A DNA stretch of 47,294 nt from Parcubacteria bacterium C7867-007 (GCA_001189195.1 LFCQ01000006.1:122841-170134); one strand, 5' to 3'. Shown: positions 28,460 to 38,739, counted from the stretch's first letter. Numbers and translations are program-made. The notes: generated by a model from the letters alone, not told the origin.

Positions 28460-30754
28460 ATGAACGACTCTCAGACCTACCGTATCAAAGGAATGCACTG
28501 CGCCTCTTGCGCAGGAATCATAGAGCGTACGGTTAAAAAGGTTGATGGCGTAGAACACATTGAAGTGAACTATGGTACTGAAACTGCGAAGATAGCTTTT
28601 GACTCAACGAAAACTGACCCCCATCAGCTTTCAGGCCACATCAAACCACTAGGGTATACGCTAGTCGTACCCACAGCTGAATCAATGGACATGTCTGCGG
28701 ACGAACACGCCTCACATACAGGTCTGAACCAATCGAAGACAGAAAAGCTAGCTGAACTTAAAGAGATGCGATGGAAGATTCTTTCAGTTATACCCCTGGC
28801 AGTTTTCAGCATATTCGTGATGGGTTGGGAAATTCTCGCGCAATTTGGCGTGACAGGAGCTATCCCTGAAATCCTGTACGAGTTCTTCCATCACCTGCTC
28901 CCGATCTTTGCTACATATGTGCTTATAGTAGTCGGACAGCCGTACCTCCTTGGCTTCTACCGCTTCCTTCGCTATGGCAAGGCGAATATGGATACTCTGA
29001 TCGGTATCGGTACCTCCGTTGCCTTCGTGTACAGTTTTATACTTACTGCTTTTGAAGAGCCATTAAGAGCTTTCCTGAACGTCGACCAAACGTATTACGA
29101 TGTAACCATCGTCGTTATCGTGTTCATCGCGCTCGGCAAATATTTAGAAGCTCAGTCAAAACTTAGAACCGGAGACGCAATTGAAAAGCTGCTTGGTCTT
29201 CAAGCAAAGACCGCTCTGGTGATGAGAGACGGCAAGGAAGTCGAAGTGCCAATTGACCAAGTTACCCATGGGGACCTTATCGTCGTGAAGCCAGGCGGCA
29301 AGATTCCGGTTGATGGCGTAATTGTCGAAGGAAATTCGTACATCGACGAATCTATGGTTACGGGAGAACCCATGGCTGTTGAGAAGAAGACTGGAGACAA
29401 TGTGGTCGCTGGAACTCTTAATACGAAGGGCCACTTTGTATTCAAAGCGACTAAAGTCGGCTCTGAAACGCTCCTTGCAAGCATTATAAGAATGGTCGGC
29501 GAAGCTCAAGGCAGCAAGGCACCGATCCAAGGACTTGCCGATAAGATCTCTAGCGTCTTTGTGCCTGTAGTTCTTGTGTTCGCCGTACTTGTCTTTATTG
29601 CATGGCTCGTGCTCGGCATTCCAACACTCGGTCTCGCACAAGCACTTTCTCTCGGCCTCACGTCATTTGTCGGCATTCTTGTTATCGCATGCCCATGCGC
29701 GCTCGGGCTTGCCACACCTATTGCCGTTATTGTCGGTGTTGGAAAGGGAGCCCAGGAAGGCATCCTCATTAAGGACGCGGCAACGCTTCAAAAGCTCAGG
29801 AGCGTAAATACTATTGTCGTAGACAAGACGGGTACGATTACGAAAGGAAAGCCCGAAGTGATTGAGCTACAGACCTTTCAAGGAAAATCAGAGCAGGAAG
29901 TTATGCGTATCCTCGCATCGCTTGAGAGTAAATCAGAGCACCCGCTTGCAAGTGCGATACTCGCGTATGCTGAGGGAAATTCTATTCGTTCGTCCGCCTC
30001 AGAGCAATTCGAGATAATCGAGGGAAAGGGGCTCAAGGGGACGATAGGAAATACCGAATACTTTGCAGGTAACGCAAAGCTTATTAATGATCTCGATATT
30101 CCGTTCGATAGTGGGGTCTTAGCTTCCCATACCAGCGAGGGAAGAACACCTGTCTTTCTTGCTACGAGCAAAGAAGTGCTCGGGCTGGTATTTATTGCAG
30201 ACGCTATAAAGCCTGAAGCAATAGATGCCGTTAAGAGGCTTCATAAGATGGGTATTAAGACGGTCATGCTCACGGGTGATAATCGGCAAGCGGCAGAAGC
30301 GATTGCGAAGCAGGTTGGTATAGACGAGGTCGTGGCAGAAGTCTTGCCAGGAGAGAAGCTCGACAAGATTAAAGAACTCCAAGCAGAAGGCCGAATAGTC
30401 GCCATGGCTGGTGACGGCGTGAACGATGCCCCCGCACTTGCTCAAGCTGACGTAGGTATCGCTATGGGAACGGGTACCGATGTCGCTATCGAAACGGCTG
30501 GCATAACGCTTCTTGGTGGAGACATCGGCAAACTGGTGAAGGCTATTCGACTTTCACGATTCACCATGAACGGAATTAAGCAAAATTTGTTCTGGGCATT
30601 TGCTTACAACATCATCGGTATTCCAATTGCAGCAGGAATACTCTTCCCGTTCTTTGGATTGCTTTTGTCGCCGGTGATTGCGGGACTCGCCATGGCGCTC
30701 TCGAGCGTTTCGGTGGTGCTCAACTCGCTTCGCTTAAAAACTGTAAAACTGTAA
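28460..30754 (+). CDS. copA: Copper-exporting P1B-1 ATPase
   Basis: [39 protein letters not shown] and MALSS TM motifs. Confidence 0.95.
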   Translation: MNDSQTYRIKGMHCASCAGIIERTVKKVDGVEHIEVNYGTETAKIAFDSTKTDPHQLSGHIKPLGYTLVVPTAESMDMSADEHASHTGLNQSKTEKLAELKEMRWKILSVIPLAVFSIFVMGWEILAQFGVTGAIPEILYEFFHHLLPIFATYVLIVVGQPYLLGFYRFLRYGKANMDTLIGIGTSVAFVYSFILTAFEEPLRAFLNVDQTYYDVTIVVIVFIALGKYLEAQSKLRTGDAIEKLLGLQAKTALVMRDGKEVEVPIDQVTHGDLIVVKPGGKIPVDGVIVEGNSYIDESMVTGEPMAVEKKTGDNVVAGTLNTKGHFVFKATKVGSETLLASIIRMVGEAQGSKAPIQGLADKISSVFVPVVLVFAVLVFIAWLVLGIPTLGLAQALSLGLTSFVGILVIACPCALGLATPIAVIVGVGKGAQEGILIKDAATLQKLRSVNTIVVDKTGTITKGKPEVIELQTFQGKSEQEVMRILASLESKSEHPLASAILAYAEGNSIRSSASEQFEIIEGKGLKGTIGNTEYFAGNAKLINDLDIPFDSGVLASHTSEGRTPVFLATSKEVLGLVFIADAIKPEAIDAVKRLHKMGIKTVMLTGDNRQAAEAIAKQVGIDEVVAEVLPGEKLDKIKELQAEGRIVAMAGDGVNDAPALAQADVGIAMGTGTDVAIETAGITLLGGDIGKLVKAIRLSRFTMNGIKQNLFWAFAYNIIGIPIAAGILFPFFGLLLSPVIAGLAMALSSVSVVLNSLRLKTVKL

Positions 30755-30757
30755 CCC

Positions 30758-31774
30758 ATGGAAACCTATACTTTTCACGTCCAGGGAATGCACTGCAAGT
30801 CTTGCATCGCGCTTACAGAGGGCGAGCTTATGGATCTGCCCGAGGTTACCCACGCGGAGTCCTCGCTTAAAACCCACACGGTTGATGTTGTGGGAGAGTT
30901 TGGTGGACGTACTCAAGACGAGATCGTGGCGTATCTCACCGAACCGCTCAAGAGGCATGGCTATAGTCTCCATCTTGAGAAACAAGCGCATAAGGTCAAG
31001 TGGGCAGACTTTACCTATGCCATACCAGTAGCCGCAGTCTTCATTGCGCTGTTCATCGTTCTACAAAAGCTCGGCATCGTTAATCTGGCTGGTTCTGGGG
31101 AAATGACCTATGCAACCGCGTTTGTCATTGGACTCGTCGCTTCAGTATCGACCTGCATGGCAGTAGTTGGCGGGCTCGTACTCTCCATGTCAGCGAGCTA
31201 TGCAAAGGAAGGACAAGGAGTGCGACCGCAAATACTATTCCATGTTGGCCGTCTCGTATCCTTCTTCGTTCTCGGCGGTGTGATTGGCGCGCTTGGCTCA
31301 GCTTTCCAGCTCGGAGGTACTGGCACATTTGTCCTCAGCTTTATAGTAGCCGTGATCCTGCTCATACTCGGACTTAACCTGCTTGACGTGTTCCCATGGA
31401 CGAAGAAATTGCTACCAACCCTTCCAGCTTCGTTCAGTAAGCATGTTACTCGTTTCAAGGGAGTAAACAGTACGCTTACGCCTCTTCTTATAGGTGCGGC
31501 GACATTCATTCTCCCGTGCGGCTTTACCCAATCGATGCAGCTCTACAGTCTTACGACAGGCAGCTTCCTTCAAGGCGCGCTTACCATGACAGTCTTCGCT
31601 TTAGGAACGCTTCCGATCCTCGCGCTCCTCAGCTTCAGTTCGCTCAGTATCAAGAAGCTGCAGACGGGTGTGTTCTATAAGACGGCGGGGCTCGTCGTTA
31701 TATTCTTCGGACTTTTTAACCTCATGAATAGCTTGGTCGCCGTCGGCCTAATTCCGCCATTATTTAGCTTCTAA
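30758..31774 (+). CDS. HMA domain + DsbD_2/TauE-like membrane protein
   Basis: GMHCKSC; STCMAVVGG; LPCGFTQ; FALGTLP. Confidence 0.88.
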   Translation: METYTFHVQGMHCKSCIALTEGELMDLPEVTHAESSLKTHTVDVVGEFGGRTQDEIVAYLTEPLKRHGYSLHLEKQAHKVKWADFTYAIPVAAVFIALFIVLQKLGIVNLAGSGEMTYATAFVIGLVASVSTCMAVVGGLVLSMSASYAKEGQGVRPQILFHVGRLVSFFVLGGVIGALGSAFQLGGTGTFVLSFIVAVILLILGLNLLDVFPWTKKLLPTLPASFSKHVTRFKGVNSTLTPLLIGAATFILPCGFTQSMQLYSLTTGSFLQGALTMTVFALGTLPILALLSFSSLSIKKLQTGVFYKTAGLVVIFFGLFNLMNSLVAVGLIPPLFSF

Positions 31775-31788
31775 CGTATACTATTCTT

Positions 31789-32178
31789 ATGAAGAAATTA
31801 CCTATTGTCGCTTCAGTGCTCCTCGCTGCTCTAATCATTGGCGGGGCAATAGCCTTTGGTGGAAAGTCCACATCGTCTAATCAAATGGTTCAGAATGTCT
31901 CGATGGAGGGGGAGAAGCAAATAATCGAGATTGATGCGAAAGGGGGCTACTCGCCCAAGCTCACTACAGCGAAAGCCGGCGTACCAACCATTCTTCGTTT
32001 GAAGACGAATGGCACTTATGATTGCTCGTCTGCGGTGTCGGTGCCAGCCCTCGGATTCCAGAAGACATTAGAAGCGACTGGCGTCACTGATATCGAAGTG
32101 TCTTCTCAACTGGCGCAAGGAACCCTCGAGGGAGTCTGCGCGATGGGAATGTATAACTTCTCAGTGAAATTTCTCTAA
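31789..32178 (+). CDS. Cupredoxin-like (CupA-type) protein
   Basis: N-terminal TM, GGYSP, AKAGVP, YDCS, CAMGMY. Confidence 0.85.
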   Translation: MKKLPIVASVLLAALIIGGAIAFGGKSTSSNQMVQNVSMEGEKQIIEIDAKGGYSPKLTTAKAGVPTILRLKTNGTYDCSSAVSVPALGFQKTLEATGVTDIEVSSQLAQGTLEGVCAMGMYNFSVKFL

Positions 32179-32186
32179 CAAAAAGT

Positions 32187-32636
32187 ATGCGTTCTCAATC
32201 GATTACAACTCGAGAAAAAAAATCACGATTGCAAACTGTACTCAAGAAGTTTAGTGCAATCTTGATTGGAAGTTTTCTTACGCTTGGAATATTGCTTTGC
32301 TTTAGTTTCGTATCAGGTATCTCAAATCATTCCATAGCTGAAGTACCGGACCATTCCTGCACTTCTTCTGAAGGATCAAGCCCATGTGACTCAATCAGCG
32401 AACATATTTCATATTGGCAAACAATTTCAACGGCAGTTTTCACTGACAATTTTCTTCTACTTTTAGTTAGTGCCGCATTGTTATTTTTGTGGATTTCTCA
32501 TCGCACTAAATTTACACACAAGGGCTACGCCCTATTCCATCCGACTAAGCCGAGTATAAACCTTGGTCTGATACTCTCACGCAACCCCCTTCAAGAGGCA
32601 TTCGCATCGGGCACCATTCATAGTAAGGCTTTTTAA
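32187..32636 (+). CDS. Hypothetical 2-TM protein with Cys/His loop
   Basis: TM - HSC(x8)C..ISEHISYWQ - TM - LQEAFASGTIHSKAF; AT-rich. Confidence 0.6.
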   Translation: MRSQSITTREKKSRLQTVLKKFSAILIGSFLTLGILLCFSFVSGISNHSIAEVPDHSCTSSEGSSPCDSISEHISYWQTISTAVFTDNFLLLLVSAALLFLWISHRTKFTHKGYALFHPTKPSINLGLILSRNPLQEAFASGTIHSKAF

Positions 32637-32676
32637 TTACACCGAGTCGTATTGATTAGCGTTAATTTAACTACTT

Positions 32677-33078
32677 ATGGACATAAAGACGAATACTAAA
32701 ATAGTAATTTCAGCAGTCGTGGGTATTATTCTGGGTGCTGGAGGTGTGATGGCCTTTTCTCAAAAGAATGAGATTGCCATGCCATCAATTTCTGGTGACG
32801 CAGTGGTTGGTCATAACACACAACAAGATCCTATGATGTCTTCACTAGCAGGAAAGAAAGGAGAGAGCTTTGATCGTGAGTTTATTATTCAGATGATTGC
32901 GCATCATCAAGGAGCAATTCAGATGGCAGAAATGGCACTTGAAACCTCAAAACGACCTGAAATTAAAGAACTTTCAACGGAAATTATCGCTGCTCAGAAG
33001 ATGGAAATTCAGAAAATGCAGGAATGGCATCTGGCGTGGTTTGGTTCGTCAGTACCAGTAACCCCTACGGGGCAATAA
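32677..33078 (+). CDS. DUF305 domain (CopM-like) protein
   Basis: FDREFIIQMIAHHQGAIQMA, IIAAQKMEIQKM. Confidence 0.88.
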   Translation: MDIKTNTKIVISAVVGIILGAGGVMAFSQKNEIAMPSISGDAVVGHNTQQDPMMSSLAGKKGESFDREFIIQMIAHHQGAIQMAEMALETSKRPEIKELSTEIIAAQKMEIQKMQEWHLAWFGSSVPVTPTGQ

Positions 33079-33095
33079 TTGTAGTTAACAAATGT

Positions 33096-33848
33096 ATGGA
33101 AACAGATAATAAAATAGAAGTCGCATCTGCGCTGAGTAAGTACTCAACACCAATCTCAGTGTTAGTGGGTGCAATTATTATTGCAGCTGCGCTTACTTTC
33201 GGTGATGGAAAACTTCCTCAGCAGGACGTAGCAGCGAATCCAGGCCAGGCCCAGCCAGACGCTGCGGCACTTCAAAAGCAATTAGAAAATATTGCACCTA
33301 TCACTGCTGAAGACCATATTCGAGGGAATCCAGATGCACCTGTAAAAATTGTTGAGTACTCAGATACGGAATGCCCATTCTGCAAGAGATTTCACCCTAC
33401 GATGCAACAAGTAATGAGTGAATATGGTGCAGACGGCAAAGTTGCGTGGGTGTATCGGCATTTCCCTCTTGACCAGCTTCATAAGAAGGCTAGGAAAGAA
33501 GCCATTGCGCTTGAGTGTGCTGGAGATCAAGGTGGCGATGATGCTTTCTGGAAATATACAGATCGACTCTACGAAGTGACACCCTCAAACGACGGCCTTG
33601 ATCCATCGGAACTTCCAAAGATCGCTAGTGAGGTCGGACTTAATGTCACCACCTTCAACACATGTCTTGCAAGTGGAAAGTTCGATGCACATGTTGAAGC
33701 AGACGCACAAAATGCTATTGCAACCGGCGGAAGCGGAACCCCGTGGAGTATAGTTATCGGCAAGAATGGCAAGAAGTACCCACTTTCGGGTGCCCAGCCG
33801 TATGAATCAGTAAAGCAGATAATTGACCTCGCTTCACAAGGCAAATAA
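33096..33848 (+). CDS. DsbA family thioredoxin-fold oxidoreductase
   Basis: GNPDAPVKIVEYSDTECPFCKRFH, YRHFPL, GTP, GAQP. Confidence 0.92.
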   Translation: METDNKIEVASALSKYSTPISVLVGAIIIAAALTFGDGKLPQQDVAANPGQAQPDAAALQKQLENIAPITAEDHIRGNPDAPVKIVEYSDTECPFCKRFHPTMQQVMSEYGADGKVAWVYRHFPLDQLHKKARKEAIALECAGDQGGDDAFWKYTDRLYEVTPSNDGLDPSELPKIASEVGLNVTTFNTCLASGKFDAHVEADAQNAIATGGSGTPWSIVIGKNGKKYPLSGAQPYESVKQIIDLASQGK

Positions 33849-33850
33849 AG

Positions 33851-34393
33851 ATGCTGTTCCAAGCGTTGCAAAAGGTATTGCGGAGGCCGACATACATGCT
33901 ACTTGCTCTGACGGTAAGTCTGGCGGTCTTTGCACTCGCTGTGTTACTGCCAAACGCTAGTTTAATTGGTATCATCGTCAGCTCGCCTAACATATTGCTC
34001 TCCCAAAAGCTTGGAATACCATTTAGTTTGTTAGGTTCTATTATTACTAACTTCACTATCCTTTCTGCGATCTCGACAATTGCTATCGCAACTCTGTTCG
34101 GAATAAATGTTGCCATGGTGCTTTATTTCCTGAGGCGGAAAATTAGCGAAGTAAAGAAGATCGGAATTACTACTGGGTTCTTGGGTGTTACCAGTGGGAT
34201 TATCGGCATTGGATGTGCCGCTTGCGGATCACTCCTGCTTACAAGTATTCTCTCGCTGTTCGGTGCATCAAGCATACTCGCATTCCTGCCCCTCGCAGGC
34301 GGTGAATTCGGTATCCTTGGCGTCATCTTACTCGTGATATCTGCTCACAGTATAGCCAACCAAATCCAGCATCCTGCAATCTGTAAAATTTAA
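33851..34393 (+). CDS. 4-TM membrane protein with CxxC
   Basis: GIGCAACGS motif and C-terminal Cys; 2 nt after dsbA. Confidence 0.7.
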   Translation: MLFQALQKVLRRPTYMLLALTVSLAVFALAVLLPNASLIGIIVSSPNILLSQKLGIPFSLLGSIITNFTILSAISTIAIATLFGINVAMVLYFLRRKISEVKKIGITTGFLGVTSGIIGIGCAACGSLLLTSILSLFGASSILAFLPLAGGEFGILGVILLVISAHSIANQIQHPAICKI

Positions 34394-34402
34394 CTCAACT
34401 AT

Positions 34403-34942
34403 ATGGAAAATAGTCAGCCTAATGAATATGTAAGTAGCAAAGAACGGAGAGAACGTAAACAGCAAGCAAAACTGGAAGCAAAAAATTCAGTGCTTCAAAA
34501 GCGGCGCGCAGCAAAAGTTATCCGATGGATCGGTTGGAGTTTGGTTGGCGCGGCGATTATTGGAAGTTTAGTTTGGTTCGTACTATCCCAGCCTAAGACC
34601 TCTGATTCTGAAATCATCTCTCGCACTGGTATTCACTGGCATCCGGAGCTAGAGATCTATGTCAAAGGCGCGAAGGTGGAATTTCCCGCCAATATAGGCA
34701 TTGGAGTAGCACATCAGCCTGTCCATACTCACGAAGATGCTGTAGAAGGAGTTGTACATCTTGAATTCGAAGGACTAGTTCGTAAAAGCGACACTACGCT
34801 AGGACAGTTCTTTAAGAGCTGGGGCAAAGATATTCGCTCACTTGGAGCGAATGTAACGATGACTGTCAATGGTCAGGAAAATATCGATCTTGAGAATTAT
34901 CAAATGCAGGACAAGGATGAAATTGTGTTGAGGTATGAGTAA
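34403..34942 (+). CDS. Membrane-anchored His-motif protein
   Basis: Basic N-terminus, TM, IHWHP, PANIGI, PVHTHE, VVHLE, TLGQFF. Confidence 0.7.
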   Translation: MENSQPNEYVSSKERRERKQQAKLEAKNSVLQKRRAAKVIRWIGWSLVGAAIIGSLVWFVLSQPKTSDSEIISRTGIHWHPELEIYVKGAKVEFPANIGIGVAHQPVHTHEDAVEGVVHLEFEGLVRKSDTTLGQFFKSWGKDIRSLGANVTMTVNGQENIDLENYQMQDKDEIVLRYE

Positions 34943-35001
34943 TACGGAACGACAATGCTCTCGTACTCCACTGAGTATCAAAACGCTAACAGCTTAAGAA
35001 T

Positions 35002-35778
35002 ATGAAACTGAAAAAGATAGCTTTGATTGGGCTCTTTGTTGTGCTGGTAGGAATTACAGGACTCATGCTTTTACAAAGCATGAAAAGTACTTTGGGAACG
35101 CAAACAGAGTCTCAGACTGAAGATGAGGTTGTTCTGGAAGTACCTGCACAGATAGCCGATCAAGAAGTCTTAATCAGTCGAGTTACGATGCCTAGTAACG
35201 GATGGGTTGTGGCACGGGGTATCGAAGATGGAAAACTCGGTCAGATTATAGAAATAAGCCCGTTTCTTGAAAAGGGTGAGTATAAAAAGGTAATTATTCC
35301 CCTCGGCGAATTCTATAATGGCGAAGAACTCATTGCCGTTATTTATGAGGATCAAAATGCTGACGGTATCTTCAATGGCCTCGATCTCCCCAAACTGGAT
35401 TCAAAAGGTCTTATGATAGCTCGCAGTGTAAAGACCGGAGAAGAAGTCGAAGGTCTTTCTGAGGCAGGTATGAGTGGGATGCTACATAATATGCCTGGAA
35501 TGGCAGACATGATCCAGATTCGATATACGAATACTGGCTTCGTTCCCAAGAATATTGAGGTGCCCGCAGGTTCTCTCGTTGAGTTCATTAATGAAAGTGA
35601 CCGGGAAATGTGGGTAGCATCCGATACTCATCCAACCCATGAACGACTCGCAACGTTCGACCAGTTTAGATCCTATCCTAAAGGCGGAGTGTATCGATAT
35701 CTTTTTGATAAGCCGGGAACCTGGCCGTATCACGATCACATCAGTCCAGCAGATGAGGGGATAATCACCGTACGCTAA
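35002..35778 (+). CDS. Membrane-anchored two-domain protein with C-terminal cupredoxin
   Basis: Met-rich linker, GFVPKNIEV, WVASDTHPTH, FDKPGTWPYHDH. Confidence 0.75.
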   Translation: MKLKKIALIGLFVVLVGITGLMLLQSMKSTLGTQTESQTEDEVVLEVPAQIADQEVLISRVTMPSNGWVVARGIEDGKLGQIIEISPFLEKGEYKKVIIPLGEFYNGEELIAVIYEDQNADGIFNGLDLPKLDSKGLMIARSVKTGEEVEGLSEAGMSGMLHNMPGMADMIQIRYTNTGFVPKNIEVPAGSLVEFINESDREMWVASDTHPTHERLATFDQFRSYPKGGVYRYLFDKPGTWPYHDHISPADEGIITVR

Positions 35779-35846
35779 TAAGCCACGATAATACTTGACT
35801 TTATTACTAAATATGATAAAGTACAATTCAATTAGGATTCTAAGTT

Positions 35847-36458
35847 ATGATTTCCGCACTGAAAACAGTAGGATTCTTTATCCTAACCGCCCTTATCTTC
35901 TTACTGTCATTTGCAGTGCTATTTGCATTTGATTTGGTTCCAGAGAGCAAATCCGAACTTACAGCGAGTGCTGAAAAAGTGGTGGACGTTCCAGCTGTAG
36001 TTGAAAGGGTTGAAGAACCTGCTCGTATCGTTGCTACAGACATTGGGTTAGACGCTTCTATCGTCAACCCGACAAGCAAAGATATAGCCGTGCTGGATAA
36101 AGCGCTCCTCTCAGGAGCGGTGCGCTACCCTGAAACGGCGCTTTTGGGAGAAGATGGGACAGCACTTTTGTTTGGGCACTCCAGCTATCTGCCTTTAGTA
36201 AAAAACAAGAACTATCAAATCTTTAACGATGTTCAAGAGCTTGAGAAAGGCAATATTGTGAGCGTGTACTCAGGCACGCGCGAGTATCGCTACGAGGTGG
36301 TGAGTGTTGAGCAAGCGAAAGCAACAGCTGATCGTATCAATCTCGAACAGAATGGTCGCTTTCTGAAGCTAGTTACATGTAACACCTTCGGTGCGAAAGA
36401 AGATCGGTTTGTCGTGACCGCCAAGTTCGTTGGAGTATATGAAACACAAAGCTCTTAA
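35847..36458 (+). CDS. Sortase
   Basis: N-terminal TM, FGHSS, LKLVTC, R (EDRFVV) catalytic triad. Confidence 0.88.
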   Translation: MISALKTVGFFILTALIFLLSFAVLFAFDLVPESKSELTASAEKVVDVPAVVERVEEPARIVATDIGLDASIVNPTSKDIAVLDKALLSGAVRYPETALLGEDGTALLFGHSSYLPLVKNKNYQIFNDVQELEKGNIVSVYSGTREYRYEVVSVEQAKATADRINLEQNGRFLKLVTCNTFGAKEDRFVVTAKFVGVYETQSS

Positions 36459-36584
36459 CTTTTAAGATATATCTGTGGCGTCGGCAGGTCGGTTTCAAGG
36501 CGGAATCAACTTTGCATATTGAGTTATTAGCTTCTAAAGCAAATAACTAACTCCAGGACGTGTGATACTTTTAGTACGTAATCT

Positions 36585-37457
36585 ATGAACAGACACTCCC
36601 ACGACAGTCAGGGAAACATAAAGATTGCGCTCTTTCTCAATATTGGTTTTACGATTATTGAGCTTATCGGAGGTCTACTTACGAACAGTCTCGCTATACT
36701 CTCGGACGCGCTTCATGACTTTGGAGACACTATTGTTCTCTCGCTCGCGTGGTATGCCGAGAAGAAATCAAAGCAGGGTCCAGACGAGAAGCGCACCTAC
36801 GGGTATGCCCGACTTTCCGTATTCTCCGCACTTGTTTCAGGTGCTGTCCTAATCGGTGGTTCTCTTTTCATCATCTCTCAAGCCATTCCGCGTCTCTTAA
36901 ACCTTGAAGCAGTGAATGCGCCAGGCATGATGGTACTTGCTGTCATTGGAATTATCTTTAACGGCATTGGCGCACTTCGTTTAAAGAAGGGAGAAGGTAT
37001 CAGCGAACGAGTGCTTTCATGGCATCTCTTTGAAGACGTGTTTGGATGGACGGCGATACTTATTGGTGGCGGGTTGATCTATCTCTTCGACCTGCCGATT
37101 CTGGACCCCGTACTCACGATTGGCTTCACGCTCTTTATCCTCTGGGGAGTTATCCGCTCAATGGGAGAAGTGAGCAACATTCTGCTTGAAGGCGTACCGC
37201 AGCAGGTACACCTGAAGGCGCTCAAGACCGACATACTCCAGTTTGAGGGTATACTCGGTCTCCACGATGTCCATGTTTGGTCTCTTGAAGGCAAGACCAA
37301 TGTATTGAGTGGGCATATCATCATAAAGCCGCAGAGCGTTGATGAGGGACGAGCCATACAACAGAACGTAAAAGCCATGCTCAAGGAGAAACACGATATT
37401 GAGCATGCAACGATAGAATTGGAGACCGATGGAAGTTGCGAAGAGAAGAATTGCTAA
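36585..37457 (+). CDS. czcD: Cation diffusion facilitator (Zn/Co/Cd efflux)
   Basis: NSLAILSDALHD, TYGYAR, WHLFED, LLEGVP, HDVHVWSL, HATIELE. Confidence 0.9.
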   Translation: MNRHSHDSQGNIKIALFLNIGFTIIELIGGLLTNSLAILSDALHDFGDTIVLSLAWYAEKKSKQGPDEKRTYGYARLSVFSALVSGAVLIGGSLFIISQAIPRLLNLEAVNAPGMMVLAVIGIIFNGIGALRLKKGEGISERVLSWHLFEDVFGWTAILIGGGLIYLFDLPILDPVLTIGFTLFILWGVIRSMGEVSNILLEGVPQQVHLKALKTDILQFEGILGLHDVHVWSLEGKTNVLSGHIIIKPQSVDEGRAIQQNVKAMLKEKHDIEHATIELETDGSCEEKNC

Positions 37458-37752
37458 GTGCTATTTATAGGCCGTACTTAAGCCATATTCTAGTCCACAT
37501 TTCTTCATAAAAGCATCATTGACCCGCCATTCTCCCACGCTATACTAGTGGAACTGGTTAGATACGGTTGTACTCAAGAAAAGCCTATACAGGCTTTTTT
37601 GTATTATGAAGAAACGCTGAACGTCCCTTTGTTTTCCTATTTTACCTTCCAACTTTTCCACCCGTTCTATAGCTAACGCTAAGAAAAGGGGTACATACAA
37701 AGTTTATGGTTCGGTAGCAGCGGTATTCGCTCTATCTCTTTTTATACATACT

Positions 37753-38739
37753 GTGTCGCCACAGTCCGTGGACAGCGTCTTTCCTTTTCCACATACCGCA
37801 CATGCTCAAGGAGCAGAAGATGTAATCCTCCATGACCCTTCCATAGACCTTCTTGAGGCAGCTATAAACTCTGACCCAAACCCGGATAAGGGTGATCATG
37901 AAATGGAGGTCGCAGGAGGCATGGCGCTTCTTCCACACGGAGACCTTCCCGAAGGCGAAGCTGAAGTTTCAAGCTCGAAAGCTTCTAAACCTAAGAAGAC
38001 AGGTATTGCTATCTACACAGTGCAGGAAGGCGACTCGCTCTCTGAGATTGCTGAAGAATATGGCGTATCCACAAAGACCATTCTCTGGGCGAACGATATT
38101 CGTGATGCAAGCACCATTCGTATTGGGGATGATCTCATCATTCTTCCGGTCTCTGGGGTGCAGCATAAAGTTGCAAGCGGAGATACCCTTCAATCTATCG
38201 CCAAGAAGTATGGCTCTGACGTAAGCGATATTGCGCTCTACAACGGAATAAGCGAGTCCAAGGGGCTTATTGCAGGTTCTGAGATCATCGTACCTGGTGG
38301 TGCATTCCCCTCGGCTCCTTTAAAGAAAGTGGCGAACTCAGCTTCATCTAAGAAAAGCACTCCTGCGGCTAAGTATTCTAGTCCGTCTAGCTCATCAGGT
38401 AAGTTAGGAAACCCACTTCCAGGTGGAGTAATCACTCAGGTAAATCACGGATATAACGCTGTGGACATAGACGGAGAAACTGGAGACCCTATTTATGCTT
38501 CAGCAAGCGGCTCGGTCATCATTGCCAAGGGTGGAGGAGGATATAACGGTGGCTATGGAAATTATATCGTAATTGAGCATGGCGCAGGTGTTCAGACTCT
38601 CTACGCACATATGTCGAGTCTCGCTGTATCAGGCGGAACGGTTGATAAGGGTGAGGTTATCGGATATGTGGGGAACACGGGTAAATCAACGGGCTCGCAT
38701 CTGCATTTTGAAGTCCGCGGAGCAATTAATCCCCTATAA
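37753..38739 (+). CDS. LysM x2 + M23 peptidase (true start probably upstream)
   Basis: YTVQEGDSLSEIA, HKVASGDTLQSIA, HGYNAVD, TLYAHM, STGSHLHFEV. Confidence 0.9.
   Translation: MSPQSVDSVFPFPHTAHAQGAEDVILHDPSIDLLEAAINSDPNPDKGDHEMEVAGGMALLPHGDLPEGEAEVSSSKASKPKKTGIAIYTVQEGDSLSEIAEEYGVSTKTILWANDIRDASTIRIGDDLIILPVSGVQHKVASGDTLQSIAKKYGSDVSDIALYNGISESKGLIAGSEIIVPGGAFPSAPLKKVANSASSKKSTPAAKYSSPSSSSGKLGNPLPGGVITQVNHGYNAVDIDGETGDPIYASASGSVIIAKGGGGYNGGYGNYIVIEHGAGVQTLYAHMSSLAVSGGTVDKGEVIGYVGNTGKSTGSHLHFEVRGAINPL

Noticed and set aside
37606-37620. Genetic code 25 (UGA=Gly) as the explanation for the in-frame TGA
   Set aside because: All long conserved genes are uninterrupted in code 11, and TGA ends genes at expected positions (e.g. 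27308, 44669)
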